Shown: positions 1 to 10,622, counted from the stretch's first letter. The stretch is DNA of 63,599 nt from Acidilobaceae archaeon (GCA_026986415.1 JALSOR010000005.1:1-63599); one strand, 5' to 3'. Numbers and translations: made by a program. The notes: generated by a model from the sequence alone, not told the origin.

Positions 1-1832
1 AGTAAGGGGTTAATTCTCGCTTTCCCATCCTTTCCAGGATAGATTGCAGGGCAGTTGAATGCCCTATAGCAGAGGCCACATCCGGTACATTTGTCGAGGT
101 CTACAGTATATACGGGGTGTCTTACACCGTTTCTCCGCGCGTTGGCTAGGGCCACAAGTATGCATGCTCCTCTAGCAACTATAGCGGCAGGTTTCCGCTG
201 GTTTCTCACATAGTTTATAGCGCTTAGGAACTCTTCTTCTGCTTCTTTAACATTGAATGAGTCTACTACTTTAACATACTCTATACCCAGCCCTCTAAGC
301 ACTCTAGGAATACTTATTTCGAATCCCGGAGTCCCATCCGCTTTAACACCGACACCGGGGTGAGGCTGGTGTCCGGTCATTGCAGTAGTCCTATTGTCTA
401 GAACTACGAGTAGGAACGGTGTTCCATTATAGAGCGCGTTCGCCATTCCCGGGAGACCCGCATGGAAGAATGTAGAATCCCCGATGATCGCGACAACCAG
501 ATTGTCCTGGACCTTTGCCAGGCCATTCGCAAGCCCCACACTACCGCCCATCTCAACTATAGTATCCTGCATCTCGAACGGTGGATTAACGCCGAGGCTA
601 TAGCATCCTATATCCCCACTGTAAATAGGTTTAACGCGCGCCCTTCCGGCTGCCTTTCTTAACGCGTAGAATACTGACCTATAGGGGCATCCTGGGCATA
701 GAGATGGGGGTCTTGGGGGGAGATTAATGTCTGGCCTGGGCCTCTCCTCATAGGCTATTACGGGTTTAACGTTGAACAGCTTGACTATGGCGTTTTCTAG
801 TTTCGCGAGAGTTAGCTCTCCAGTTAAAGGTATTAGACCGTTAGATTTCCCGTGGACTCTCACGTTCAAGCCAGACTCCTGAAGCACGGCTTTCAATAAG
901 GTCTCAACAACCGGTTCGCCCTCCTCTACGACGAGAATCTTATCTCTAGCCTCGGATTCTGATAAGAGAAGTTTTTCTGGCAGTGGCACTGGCGTCTGCA
1001 GTTTCAGTATTCTAGTCTTACCGTACAGACCGTGTCTTTTTATAAGCTCCAAAGCATACCTGTATCCTATGCCGACACCTATTATAAGCGTGTCTGCATC
1101 CTCCGGTCCTGAGACACTGTTTAGGTCTGAGACCGTAAAGTAGTCTCTTATCTTCCACCATTTGTCTACGAGCTGCTCGCGGAGCCGCCTAGCATGTGCT
1201 GGTACTAGAGTGTATCTTTTAGGGTTCTTCTCGAAAAAGCCCTTTCTCTTCAATTTCTCTGGATCTATGGGGCCCGTGTATACTGGTACGCGCGTATGGC
1301 TGGTTCTTGTCGTTGTCCTGAGGATTACTGGGTGCTTGAATTTTTCACTTATCCTGAAAGCTTCTATAATAGCGTTTTTTGCCTCCTGGGCACCGGCAGG
1401 TTCTACAACCGGGATATACGCGTGTAGCCCGTAATACCTGTTATCCTGCTCGTTCTGGCTGCTCCACATGTTAGGGTCGTCGGCCGAAACTATAACGAGG
1501 GCGCCATTGACCCCCATATATGCACTGCTGAATAACGGGTCTGCCGCGACATTGACGCCTACATGCTTCATGGATGCCAATGCCGGGACACCGGCAAGGG
1601 CCGCGCCAAGAGCAGACTCCAACGCTACTTTCTCGTTCGCACTCCATTCAACATGCGGCCCGCCAAGCTTTTTCATAGCATAAGATAGAGCCTCTGTTAT
1701 CTCAGTACTCGGAGTTCCAGGATACGCGCTAGCATATGAAATCCCGTACTCTAGGGCTCCCCGCGCCAGAGCGACGTTACCGAGCATGACAACTTTTTTT
1801 CCTGGCTCAGCAAGAACCTCTTTGTGCGGCAA
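1..1832 (-). CDS. iorA: Indolepyruvate:ferredoxin oxidoreductase alpha subunit (IorA), 3' end beyond the window edge
   Basis: The open frame runs off the left edge, so it is absent from the ORF track. The N-terminus reads LPHKEVLAEPGKKVVMLGNVALARGALEYGISYASAYPGTPSTEI. The last codons in the window encode CTGCGLCYRAFNCPA, a ferredoxin-type 4Fe-4S motif typical of the IorA C-terminus. The first in-frame start is TTG at 1832; ATG at 1787 is an alternative. Confidence 0.8.
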   Translation of the reverse strand, partial: MPHKEVLAEPGKKVVMLGNVALARGALEYGISYASAYPGTPSTEITEALSYAMKKLGGPHVEWSANEKVALESALGAALAGVPALASMKHVGVNVAADPLFSSAYMGVNGALVIVSADDPNMWSSQNEQDNRYYGLHAYIPVVEPAGAQEAKNAIIEAFRISEKFKHPVILRTTTRTSHTRVPVYTGPIDPEKLKRKGFFEKNPKRYTLVPAHARRLREQLVDKWWKIRDYFTVSDLNSVSGPEDADTLIIGVGIGYRYALELIKRHGLYGKTRILKLQTPVPLPEKLLLSESEARDKILVVEEGEPVVETLLKAVLQESGLNVRVHGKSNGLIPLTGELTLAKLENAIVKLFNVKPVIAYEERPRPDINLPPRPPSLCPGCPYRSVFYALRKAAGRARVKPIYSGDIGCYSLGVNPPFEMQDTIVEMGGSVGLANGLAKVQDNLVVAIIGDSTFFHAGLPGMANALYNGTPFLLVVLDNRTTAMTGHQPHPGVGVKADGTPGFEISIPRVLRGLGIEYVKVVDSFNVKEAEEEFLSAINYVRNQRKPAAIVARGACILVALANARRNGVRHPVYTVDLDKCTGCGLCYRAFNCPAIYPGKDGKARINPL

Positions 1833-2013
1833 TCTTACAACACCAGATAGTTATATCTTATCGTGCTCCGTATTAAATTGCATATGTAGTACTCAAAACG
1901 CATAACTAAATACTTAAAATATCCAGGCATGACCTTTAAACCTATATAGAGCGGAGAGCAGCACGCGTAAGAATAATGGTTCCTATAGAGTGTGTACCGA
2001 GGTGAACGGAAAT

Positions 2014-2493
2014 ATGAATAGGTTATCTGTAGTGCTAGTATCGCTCCTATTAGTTATAGCATTCTCAGCAATCTATAATGGCATGTTAACCAGCTATGCC
2101 GCAACTAACACAACAACAAACACGACAACAACAGCAACAAGTACAACGAACACGACAGTAAACCTGAACCAGCTAGTAAACGAGGCATTCTCGAACCCCC
2201 AGACAGGAGCTGTGATACTAATCGAATTCCTGCTGGGAGTAGGCCTAGGCTATACTGCGGTTAAAGCACTAAAATACATCCTAGCCTTCATAGGCATACT
2301 CCTATTGGGCTCCGCTCTAAGCGTATGGAGCATTGGTTCCAACAGCAAAGATATAGCTGCCAAGCTTGGGGTAGAAGTGAAACAGCTACTACCGTTAATT
2401 AAGAGTACGTTTACAATGCTTGGAGCAATGGTCGTGGGCCCGGCAAGCATAGGAGTTATTGTCGGCATAATAATTGGCGCTATAAAGAAGTAG
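2014..2493 (+). CDS. Membrane protein with signal/anchor helix and a Thr/Asn-rich stalk
   Basis: The ORF runs 1990..2493. ATG at 2014 gives MNRLSVVLVSLLLVIAFSA, a signal-like start. This is followed by ATNTTTNTTTTATSTTNTTVN and then 2-3 hydrophobic helices. Confidence 0.55.
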   Translation: MNRLSVVLVSLLLVIAFSAIYNGMLTSYAATNTTTNTTTTATSTTNTTVNLNQLVNEAFSNPQTGAVILIEFLLGVGLGYTAVKALKYILAFIGILLLGSALSVWSIGSNSKDIAAKLGVEVKQLLPLIKSTFTMLGAMVVGPASIGVIVGIIIGAIKK

Positions 2494-2590
2494 GTATTCT
2501 AGCGCTTCAGGGCTTGCACCCTATATCATCGGGGTTTAAGGGATAACCCCCTCATTTATCTTATAATATTTTTGTTTCTTCATTAGCGCA

Positions 2591-3517
2591 TTATACGTTC
2601 AAATTAGTGGTCTCGAGCGGGTAAATAAGTATAGGTATGTCTACTGATACGATTAGCCTCCAGAGGGTTGTCCCAAGTATATGCTCTATTATGTTTCTCT
2701 TTTTTCTTGCCGTCCTACCGGCCATGAGTATTGTTGCTCCTATTTGTTCTACGAAACTTGCGATTGTTTTGCTGGGCTTTCCCTCTAGGAGCACAGTATT
2801 AACTTTTAATCCGTTTTCTTCAAATATTTTCTTTGATTTTGATAGTAATTTTTTGGCTTCTACTTCGTCCTCACCGCTCTCTAAAACATGGACAATATAT
2901 ATATTTATTATATTATTAATATCTTTTTTAAGAATTTTGGCAAAATACTCAAGCATACTCTCAGAAGAATATCTATCAATAGCGATAACAGGCTTAACGA
3001 AAACTTCCCTCTGAAGCGTGTGCTCCCTAATATATATCTTAACCTCCTCAGAGTCGCCCAACCGGTACGGCTTTACTAAGAATAACGGTAGACTAGTGAT
3101 ATGCACAAGGGTGAGAGCCGTACTTCCTATAGGTATTATCTTGAAAAGCCTACGCCCCTTATGACCGACAAGTATTTCCGACGCGCCTTCTTCTAGGGCC
3201 GCACGATATATAGCAACTGCGGGGTCTGCTGGCGTGTCCCATATTCTATACCTAGCCCGTATACCCTTGCTAGCTAGCTCTTCTGTTTTTGAGGCTAGAT
3301 AGTCTTTAGCCTTACCTACATAATAATCTATCAAACTTACAGGGTCGAAACCAGCGGCGGCATGCTCTATAAGGTTTTCGTCAACCGCATAGAAGAGTAT
3401 TATCTCGCTCCCAAATCTCTTCGCTAGACACGAAGCAAAATCTATCAGGGGATCGCTTGCCTTGCTCAAATCTACACCTACCAGTATTGACGATAAGGGT
3501 TCAACATTCCCTGTCAT
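2591..3517 (-). CDS. Universal stress protein, tandem UspA domains
   Basis: 308 aa. It contains two USP-like halves, ILVGVDLSKAS...ILVGHKGR and VIAIDRYS...ILMAGRTARK. Confidence 0.75.
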   Translation of the reverse strand: MTGNVEPLSSILVGVDLSKASDPLIDFASCLAKRFGSEIILFYAVDENLIEHAAAGFDPVSLIDYYVGKAKDYLASKTEELASKGIRARYRIWDTPADPAVAIYRAALEEGASEILVGHKGRRLFKIIPIGSTALTLVHITSLPLFLVKPYRLGDSEEVKIYIREHTLQREVFVKPVIAIDRYSSESMLEYFAKILKKDINNIINIYIVHVLESGEDEVEAKKLLSKSKKIFEENGLKVNTVLLEGKPSKTIASFVEQIGATILMAGRTARKKRNIIEHILGTTLWRLIVSVDIPILIYPLETTNLNV

Positions 3518-3572
3518 GCTAAACCGCCCTCCAGGCTACTTTAGTTTCTTTGGGGAAAATACTGTTCACAGT

Positions 3573-4688
3573 CTAGTAGAGGCTCACATGTATATGGAGT
3601 ACCTCAACGATTATAAAGTATGCAGTTAGAAGCGCTATACCGAAAGGCACACCGATCCTAGCCCACTCCTTACTTGTTATTTTAAGGCGTCCTGCTGCTA
3701 CAATGTTTGGTATATTTCCAGGTATTAGCATTCCCCCAGAGATTAAGAGTGATAGGAGTGCGCTTCTTATCTGCTCCTGTGTAAGGGTAGGCCCTATCTC
3801 TGCGGCTGTGAGCGTAGCGTTGTCAACTACGGCACTTATAGTGTTAAGCCAATACAGCTGCCATGCCGCGAGCCTACGGAAATACCATTCTACCAGGGGA
3901 GTGAAGCTGTGCCCTAGGAGCTCAAGCGCCGCTACGAATACGAACACTCTTATAGTCCTGTCTATCACGCCTCTCAACGACTCTGTATAAACAGGTTCAA
4001 CGTCGCTTACTATAACGCCTTGCTTTTTCAGCCTCCATGAAGCGTATGCCGCGACGAATATGATTCCCGGTATTATGTAGGCTCCCAGAAGGCTTATCAG
4101 GTAGTCGAACCTGGCGTGGAGCTTGGATATTGCTATCGTTGCGAGCGGCTCACCTACAGGTGTCAGGGCGGCTCCTAGTCCGACTGCGAACGATGCAAGA
4201 ACTACGAACTCTATTTTCGATTCTCTCGGCATTTTTATTGCTGCAGCTATTTCCGATAGTATTACTGCTGTTACTATGACCGATATTATACTTGAAATCA
4301 TGCCAAGAATAAAAATAAATACAAATACAAATATATAGAAACCGGTTTTATTTATAATTTTTCTTATAAAATTATATATAGGTTTATGATAATAATAAAA
4401 TAACAATCCGAATATGAAAACCACCTGTGTTATACCTATCGGGACGCCTGAAATAATAAGAGGCGTCTCGAGAGCTTTTTTAATCAAATATTTTATAAAA
4501 TCCATATTCATTATATTATAATGATAATTTAATAAAACACCTATGATTCCCATAATTAGGAAAAAGGGTTCCATATTTTCTTCTATTTTTTTAGATAAAA
4601 ATGGTAATACAAGTACTAATAATAATATTATGAATAATCCCAATGAGAGCGGTAGTATTGGCTGCTCCGGTATGCTCATTTCAAGCAT
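3573..4688 (-). CDS. Polytopic membrane protein, putative cation transporter (DUF1646 / ion-transporter-superfamily-like)
   Basis: 371 aa with about 10 hydrophobic segments and motifs GEPLATIAISKL and PGNIPNIVAAGRL. The N-terminal half is encoded by very AT-rich DNA. The family call is tentative. Confidence 0.5.
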   Translation of the reverse strand: MLEMSIPEQPILPLSLGLFIILLLVLVLPFLSKKIEENMEPFFLIMGIIGVLLNYHYNIMNMDFIKYLIKKALETPLIISGVPIGITQVVFIFGLLFYYYHKPIYNFIRKIINKTGFYIFVFVFIFILGMISSIISVIVTAVILSEIAAAIKMPRESKIEFVVLASFAVGLGAALTPVGEPLATIAISKLHARFDYLISLLGAYIIPGIIFVAAYASWRLKKQGVIVSDVEPVYTESLRGVIDRTIRVFVFVAALELLGHSFTPLVEWYFRRLAAWQLYWLNTISAVVDNATLTAAEIGPTLTQEQIRSALLSLLISGGMLIPGNIPNIVAAGRLKITSKEWARIGVPFGIALLTAYFIIVEVLHIHVSLY

Positions 4689-4761
4689 GTTGACCCTCTC
4701 CTTGGCAAAAAGAGAGGATGTAGTATGCCTATTTATAGAGCGCTGTGCATGTCTTTATTAT

Positions 4762-5676
4762 TTATTTTTCTTTTCTTTCCTTTAACTTCTTTATTAATAC
4801 TGGTACGAACTGGTAGAGGTCTGCGACAACACCGTAGTCGGCCTGTTTGAATATTGGAGCACTCTTATCTTTGTTTATAGCAACAATTATTTTCGAGTTG
4901 TTCACGCCAGCCATATGCTGGGGCGCACCACTTATACCTATAGCAATATAGAGTTTCGGAGCAACCCTCTTCCCACTTATACCTATCCAAGCGTCCTCCG
5001 GTAACCATTTATAGTCGGCTGCTATCGGCCTACTAGCACCTACCTGGGCTCCTAGCAGCTCTGCCAGCTCGAATGCAAGCTTGAGATCCTCTTTCTTCTT
5101 AAACCCTCTCCCGACACCAACAATTATTTCAGCCTCTTCAAGGTTAATACCGCTTAACTGCTTCTTCTTTATCTCTACGATCTGCACGTCAGGCGTTCCA
5201 ACATCAATGTCTACTATCTCTCCCTGGCCCTGCGCACTGTAAGGCTCAAAGACTTTCTGATTTATAAGTACTATAGCCGGATAACTAGCCTTCTCCCTGG
5301 CTATAGCCCTCTCGCTGAGGAATCCTCTCTCGTATATAATATGGTCGTCGCCAGGCTCTATCTTCACGACATCCGTGGCCATCGCTAGGTCATATAGGCC
5401 TGCTAGTCTTGAGAGTGCATCACGGTTATTCTTGGTGCTATGCCCGATTATCACTTTCGGTTTAAGCTCTTCGAAGAGCTTCTTGGCGGCCTTAAATATT
5501 AGATCAGGGTGTTCCCCGTTAAGCCGGAAGACCTTAACCCCGCGGCTAGCTATTTCTTCGGCTTTAGCCGCGGCTTGGCCGTAGGCGAGTACTATCGGCT
5601 CCCCTACTAGGCTTGCCGCGGTTAGAGACTCTAATATCTCCCCGAGTGTTCCTCCAACGACGAGCGAGCTAACCAT
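4762..5676 (-). CDS. etfA: Electron transfer flavoprotein alpha subunit (EtfA/FixB)
   Basis: C-terminal FAD-binding signature PKLYIAIGISGAPQHMAGVNNSKIIVAINKDKSAPIF. ATG at 5676 is preceded by GGGGTG. The ORF track starts at GTG 5685. Confidence 0.9.
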   Translation of the reverse strand: MVSSLVVGGTLGEILESLTAASLVGEPIVLAYGQAAAKAEEIASRGVKVFRLNGEHPDLIFKAAKKLFEELKPKVIIGHSTKNNRDALSRLAGLYDLAMATDVVKIEPGDDHIIYERGFLSERAIAREKASYPAIVLINQKVFEPYSAQGQGEIVDIDVGTPDVQIVEIKKKQLSGINLEEAEIIVGVGRGFKKKEDLKLAFELAELLGAQVGASRPIAADYKWLPEDAWIGISGKRVAPKLYIAIGISGAPQHMAGVNNSKIIVAINKDKSAPIFKQADYGVVADLYQFVPVLIKKLKERKEK

Positions 5677-5696
5677 GGCTAACACCCCCTACCATG

Positions 5697-6497
5697 CTAT
5701 ATGCTTAGGACACCCTCCTTTTCTAGGGCTTCAATAAGCTTCTCCGCGATCTCCTCGAGCGTATCACCCTCTATGATAATCTGTTTTCTGCTCACGGTTA
5801 GAATCCTGTATTCGAGCGGTTCCTTCTTCCGCTCCACGGTTATTCCTAGGTCTGACGCGGATAGTTTGTGCTGGGGCTTCTTTCCGGCCCTCCTTATCTG
5901 GAGGAGTGTTGGGGGTCTGGGCTCGTTTATCTCCTGCGTTACGCTGACAACTGCCGGGAGCCTGGCTTCCATGATCTCGATCCGGTCCTCGACATCTCTC
6001 TCTACCACAATCTTGTCTCCTTCGGCTTTAATGCTCCTCGCATATGATATGTAGGGATAGCCCAGCTTTGCCGCTATCCTGCCCCCTATCTGCCCGGTTG
6101 TCTGGTCGATGCTTGCCTCTGCCACGAGAATAAGGCTTGCGTTAGGGACATGCTTCTTTATAGTCTCGGCTATCACGTTTGCCGTAATAACCTGGTCCCC
6201 TGGAAGCAGCGTATCGTCGGCTATAACTATTGCCTCGTCGGCGCCACGGGCAAGGGCTTCCTGGGTCACCATACGCAAGTCCTTCGATCTCTTAGCGGTC
6301 GGCCCCCAGGGTAGGAGGAGAACCGCGATAATCTTTCCTCCTAGATTCTTCTTTAGCTCTTTGGCCGCCTCGATGGCGTTAGCGTCAATATCGTCAAACT
6401 TCAGCGGTATTCCAACAATGTCTACAGTCCCGTCAGGTTTGGACCTGAGCATGTCTGGGTTCAGAGCAGGCTTTACCAGTACGACTATATCTCCCAT
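5697..6497 (-). CDS. etfB: Electron transfer flavoprotein beta subunit (EtfB/FixA)
   Basis: 266 aa, MGDIVVLVKPALNPD...NAIEAAKELK...ADEAIVI. It sits immediately upstream of etfA on the same strand. Confidence 0.9.
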   Translation of the reverse strand: MGDIVVLVKPALNPDMLRSKPDGTVDIVGIPLKFDDIDANAIEAAKELKKNLGGKIIAVLLLPWGPTAKRSKDLRMVTQEALARGADEAIVIADDTLLPGDQVITANVIAETIKKHVPNASLILVAEASIDQTTGQIGGRIAAKLGYPYISYARSIKAEGDKIVVERDVEDRIEIMEARLPAVVSVTQEINEPRPPTLLQIRRAGKKPQHKLSASDLGITVERKKEPLEYRILTVSRKQIIIEGDTLEEIAEKLIEALEKEGVLSI

Positions 6498-6653
6498 ACC
6501 GCCTACACCCTTCTCCTTATTATCGTGGCATTCAGAATGCCACTCCTATATCCTATTAGGACGTCGGAAGGAATTCAAATATAACCATGTTGTCGAATAG
6601 TAATCGGGACTACACTATTCCTTTTAAAGCGGTCTAAGCGGTAAAGAGGGTGT

Positions 6654-7028
6654 TCACATGCGCATTTTAATTACATGGGCATGGGGTATCCCCTTAACAT
6701 AGAGGATCGAGTCTGGGTGCACAATGCCTGCCTTTACCGCTAGGTTTACAATCCTCTCTCCTGTTAGGACGAGATAGTCCGCCTGGGCTAGTACTTGCTC
6801 TGCTTCCTTCTCACCTATTAGGGCCCCGCCATAGTTCTTCTCTGAAACAATAACGTACACTTGTCTTTCTTCATCAACAAAAGCCCTACCCACTAGATCC
6901 TCGTCCGCAATATAGGCTATAATACCATAGGGTGTCTGCCGTATTGAAGCGTGAAACATTGCACCACCCAGAAGCCTACCCTTTAACGTGAAGGGTAAAA
7001 TCTTATTTGATATTAAAGCCTCCGCCAT
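6654..7028 (-). CDS. DUF424-family protein
   Basis: YIADEDLVGRAF...NYGGALIGEKEAEQVL...VKGIPHAHV matches the DUF424 pattern (acidic-LLG...FYGG...GVPHA). ATG at 6959 is a plausible shorter start that removes the overlap with 7013..7675. Confidence 0.55.
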   Translation of the reverse strand: MAEALISNKILPFTLKGRLLGGAMFHASIRQTPYGIIAYIADEDLVGRAFVDEERQVYVIVSEKNYGGALIGEKEAEQVLAQADYLVLTGERIVNLAVKAGIVHPDSILYVKGIPHAHVIKMRM

Positions 7029-7675
7029 GCCCTTCTAGATGCGTCATAATAGACGAGTCCCGCCTGCCTCATTTTCTCGAAAAGTCTCTTATAAATACCC
7101 GCCTTCCTACTGGCCTCATCGGGATCGCTAGTGCTTATTCCTTCTAGGATACTGTCAAACTCTCTTAAATGTATAGGATATATTACCGCGAAATCCCCTC
7201 CGACCTCGACAATTGTCGCCCCTAGAATATCGGCTATTTCCCTGAGCTTCGATGGGCTCATCCCGACTCTGCTCCTTGCTTCCGAACCGAGAACGTACCT
7301 GTACTTGTCTAGAGCGGTTTCAAGCCGAGATTCTAGGGGCGATCTACGCCTTCCCTTCTCTAAGGAGCCTTGAGTGCGGGCAATTACGGAGGATTGGCCG
7401 GCGGTTTTCGTTTGCGCGCACATCTTTTTTAGAGACTCTACTTCTTCTCTGAGCAGTTTAATCTCGCTCAGCAGGCTCTCCAGGTTTGCCCTTATAGTTC
7501 TAGTGTAGGAGGCCACAGTGGTCTCTGCAGTTTTAACTATTATTTTTTCTATATCAATATTTTTATCGGATAACTGTTCGGGCGGTGGATTCCCCGTTCG
7601 AACCTTAGATTTGGGTGTAGGCTCTTCGCGCGAGCCTCCTGTTATATAGTCGCTGAGGCGTCTACGATAAGACAT
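7013..7675 (-). CDS. Hypothetical protein with central coiled-coil
   Basis: 220-aa ORF with heptad-like LESLLSEIKLLREEVESLKK. It overlaps the downstream DUF424 gene by 16 nt. No family recognised. Confidence 0.45.
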   Translation of the reverse strand: MSYRRRLSDYITGGSREEPTPKSKVRTGNPPPEQLSDKNIDIEKIIVKTAETTVASYTRTIRANLESLLSEIKLLREEVESLKKMCAQTKTAGQSSVIARTQGSLEKGRRRSPLESRLETALDKYRYVLGSEARSRVGMSPSKLREIADILGATIVEVGGDFAVIYPIHLREFDSILEGISTSDPDEASRKAGIYKRLFEKMRQAGLVYYDASRRAWRRL

Positions 7676-7759
7676 TGAGCATCATCCATATAGAAATGCC
7701 ATCCCTGTTCGGGAAGGGGAAAAAGATTATGCATAATGTATAAAATATAATTAAAGTAT

Positions 7760-8692
7760 TTATGCTTTAACTATCTTGTCCGCGAACACCTGCCAGGGAT
7801 CTACTAACGGCTTACCGTTGGCAGCAACAGGTCTAGCCGCGGGCGGGTATTCCCTGTATGTTGGTATCACTTTTTCAAGTCTTTGCTCGAAGGTATCCTT
7901 GGCAGGATTAATATAGAATACTCCTAGCGGTATTCTGTCGCCCCATTCAATCATTTTCTCTAGAATGATTGACATTTTACTCTTGAAATCTTCGGGGCTT
8001 GCAACGAGTGGATCCCAGTTCGGGTCCTCCTCTTCTAGATAGTATATTCTCTCCTCGTACCACTGCTTAGTCATTAAGTTGTTATATGTGGGGCAAGGCT
8101 GTAGTATCTGTACTAGGCTTGTGCCCTTATGCTCTATTGCTTTCTTTATGAGCTCCTTTGTTTGCGCTACATGGTAAGCGTATCCTCTCGCAATGAATGT
8201 GTAGCCGCTAGCCAATGCTAGTAGGAGCGGGTTCAGGTTGTCGTGAAGGTTAGGGCCTGGAAGGGCCTTGGTCCTCCACCAGCTTGGCAGTGTTGGTCCT
8301 GCCTGTCCTTTCGTTAGACCATATACTGAGTTGTCATGTATTATTACTGTTATATCGATATTTCTCCTACCGACGGACACGAAGTGTTCCACTCCGATTC
8401 CCAGCATGTCACCGTCTCCACCCTCAGCTATCACTGTCAGGTTCGGATTAGCAATCTTTATCCCGGTAGCCGCCGGTATTGCCCTGCCGTGTAGCACGTG
8501 CATAGCATTAGCCTTAGTATAGTAGCAGCTGCGTCCGCTACATCCAATACCCGTAACTACTACTAGCCTGCTAGGGTCTATGTCCAGCTCGGCTAGCGCT
8601 CTATGAAGGGCGTTAAGTATACCGTAGTTTCCACACCCGGGGCACCACTGGACCCACGCCCCGGTCTTATAGTCCATCCAGCTACGCGCCAC
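7760..8692 (-). CDS. 2-oxoacid:ferredoxin oxidoreductase beta subunit (TPP-binding)
   Basis: WCPGCGNYGIL, GIGCSG and GGDGD TPP motifs. It overlaps the alpha subunit gene by 11 nt. Confidence 0.9.
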   Translation of the reverse strand: MARSWMDYKTGAWVQWCPGCGNYGILNALHRALAELDIDPSRLVVVTGIGCSGRSCYYTKANAMHVLHGRAIPAATGIKIANPNLTVIAEGGDGDMLGIGVEHFVSVGRRNIDITVIIHDNSVYGLTKGQAGPTLPSWWRTKALPGPNLHDNLNPLLLALASGYTFIARGYAYHVAQTKELIKKAIEHKGTSLVQILQPCPTYNNLMTKQWYEERIYYLEEEDPNWDPLVASPEDFKSKMSIILEKMIEWGDRIPLGVFYINPAKDTFEQRLEKVIPTYREYPPAARPVAANGKPLVDPWQVFADKIVKA

Positions 8693-10622
8693 CGTTCACC
8701 ACCACCTCTCTCTCCCCGGTCTCTACGATCTTCTTTACGGCAAGGGCCACCTCCGTATCCCAGAGCGCCCTTCCCGTGATCTTCTTAACAAAATGTTCGA
8801 TCGTGAACCCGGTAAAGCCTCTTATTAGGAAGGCCGCCTGTCCGAGATCGTTCTGCTCAATATCTATTACTAGATCGGCATTTTCAAGTATTTTTCTAAC
8901 TTTTTCTGTTGGGAACGGGTAGAATATTCTGAGCTGTAGGAAGTTTGCTTTTATACCTTCCCGCTCCAAGATTTTTAGGGCTTCAAGTATTATTGGTTTC
9001 GTGCTGCCCCATGATACTAGAGTTATTTTAGCGTCTGGATCGCCGTGGAGCACAGCTTTTTCATCATCAGGTATCTCACGGGCTATTGTCTCAAACTTCC
9101 TCCTGCGCTTTGCCATCATCTGCTCTCTAACAACCGGGTCCTCAGTGGGCATGCCGTCTTCTGTATGTTCAAGCCCTGTCCAGACTAGAGGCACCTTCCC
9201 CATCGGTGCTCTCGGGCTTATTCCGTCCTCAGTTATCTTGTAGCGTAGATAGTCTGGCCCGGGGTTCTCGACGAGCTTGCCGCGTTCGATTTGCGCCTTG
9301 AGCGGGTCTATATCCTCCCTGTATACGTTCGTGATGGTGCTGGCAAGATACTTATCAACTAGGTGTACAACCGGGGTCTGATATTTCTCTGCCCAGTTTA
9401 GAGCCTTTATAGCGTCGTAGAATGCCTCTATATGGTCCCCGCTCGCCACGACTATCTTGGGGTTGTCGCCATGCCCGCTAAAGAGGGCATGGAACAGGTC
9501 CTGCTGTCCCTCCCTTGTAGGTAGACCAGTGCTCGGCCCGCCCCTCTGCCAGAGTGTAAGGACAACGGGAACCTCGGCCATAATAGCTAGACTTATCGCT
9601 TCGTTCATGAGAGCAAATCCAGGCCCGCTGGTGCTTGTTGCAGAACGTGCACCAGCGACAGCTGCGCCTATAGCCGCCATTATTGCTGAGAGCTCATCTT
9701 CTGTCTGGAGGACGACGCTGCCAAGCTTTTTGAGCTCTAGAGCCTCTGCAGCCCAGGGGGCTAGATCGTAGTTACGGTGGCCCTCTAGGAATAGTGCCTC
9801 GTCGCTTGCAGGAGTTATCGGATAGTAGGTTTGTAGTGTTAGCCCGCCGACCGTCTTACCAATTGCTACGATCTCGTTCCCTGTTACAAGCATCGCCTCT
9901 TTACCGAGGTTTGGGCCCTCTGGTAGGAAGCAGCAGGGTCCCCCGATATGCTCGTCAACGTAGTTGATCGCTAGTTTAGCGGCCTCAACATTCATGTCAA
10001 CAACCTTCTTTTTCGCAGCAAAGTGTACTGCAATGGCCTTTTCGATCCAGCTCGCCTCCACGCCTAGGAGGTATAATGTTGTGGCAAGCCCGATAGTGTT
10101 GAGGGTTTTAGAAACCCTGCTAAGTGGGGCCCCGGTCTTATGTGCTACTTCCCTTATCAGGTTTTTCATTGGTAACCCGATAGTTTTAACCCCGTTCTCC
10201 TCTGCGATCTTTACGGCGCTTTCTGCTGTTGGCTCAAGTCCTCTCTCCTGGAAGAAGGCGGTTAGCCTGTCTTTCAATGGTTTAGGCATTGGCGCTATGT
10301 TTGCTATTTTTGTTTTGAGTGTTGTCGTGTCGTAAACCATGAAGCCTCCTTTTTTAACGTCCTGGAAATGAGTGAGCACGCTCTCAGCGTCTAGAACTAC
10401 CGCCGCGTCTACAGGGAAGTTTATAGCTCCGGGCCTCTCTGGCTTTACACGTATAGTGAAGTAGCTGTGGGCGCCCATAATGTTGCTCTGATACTCTCTT
10501 GTCCCTATAACCTGGTATCCTTTTAGTATGAATGTTTTAAGGGCTATTTGCCCGGCCGACTCAATGCCCCCGCCCTGAGGGCCTCCTATGAGAAATTTGA
10601 TGTCCACGTTATTTTGGGCCAA
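8682..10622 (-). CDS. 2-oxoacid:ferredoxin oxidoreductase alpha subunit (fused gamma-alpha, two-subunit archaeal type)
   Basis: 646 aa with N-terminal IGGPQGGGIESAGQ (gamma-like domain) and YPITPASD (alpha domain). Confidence 0.9.
   Translation of the reverse strand: MAQNNVDIKFLIGGPQGGGIESAGQIALKTFILKGYQVIGTREYQSNIMGAHSYFTIRVKPERPGAINFPVDAAVVLDAESVLTHFQDVKKGGFMVYDTTTLKTKIANIAPMPKPLKDRLTAFFQERGLEPTAESAVKIAEENGVKTIGLPMKNLIREVAHKTGAPLSRVSKTLNTIGLATTLYLLGVEASWIEKAIAVHFAAKKKVVDMNVEAAKLAINYVDEHIGGPCCFLPEGPNLGKEAMLVTGNEIVAIGKTVGGLTLQTYYPITPASDEALFLEGHRNYDLAPWAAEALELKKLGSVVLQTEDELSAIMAAIGAAVAGARSATSTSGPGFALMNEAISLAIMAEVPVVLTLWQRGGPSTGLPTREGQQDLFHALFSGHGDNPKIVVASGDHIEAFYDAIKALNWAEKYQTPVVHLVDKYLASTITNVYREDIDPLKAQIERGKLVENPGPDYLRYKITEDGISPRAPMGKVPLVWTGLEHTEDGMPTEDPVVREQMMAKRRRKFETIAREIPDDEKAVLHGDPDAKITLVSWGSTKPIILEALKILEREGIKANFLQLRIFYPFPTEKVRKILENADLVIDIEQNDLGQAAFLIRGFTGFTIEHFVKKITGRALWDTEVALAVKKIVETGEREVVVNGGA

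Noticed and set aside
6109-6600. 163-aa plus-strand ORF overlapping etfB and its upstream spacer
   Set aside because: It is antisense to a well-supported etfB, and its composition is typical of a shadow frame.
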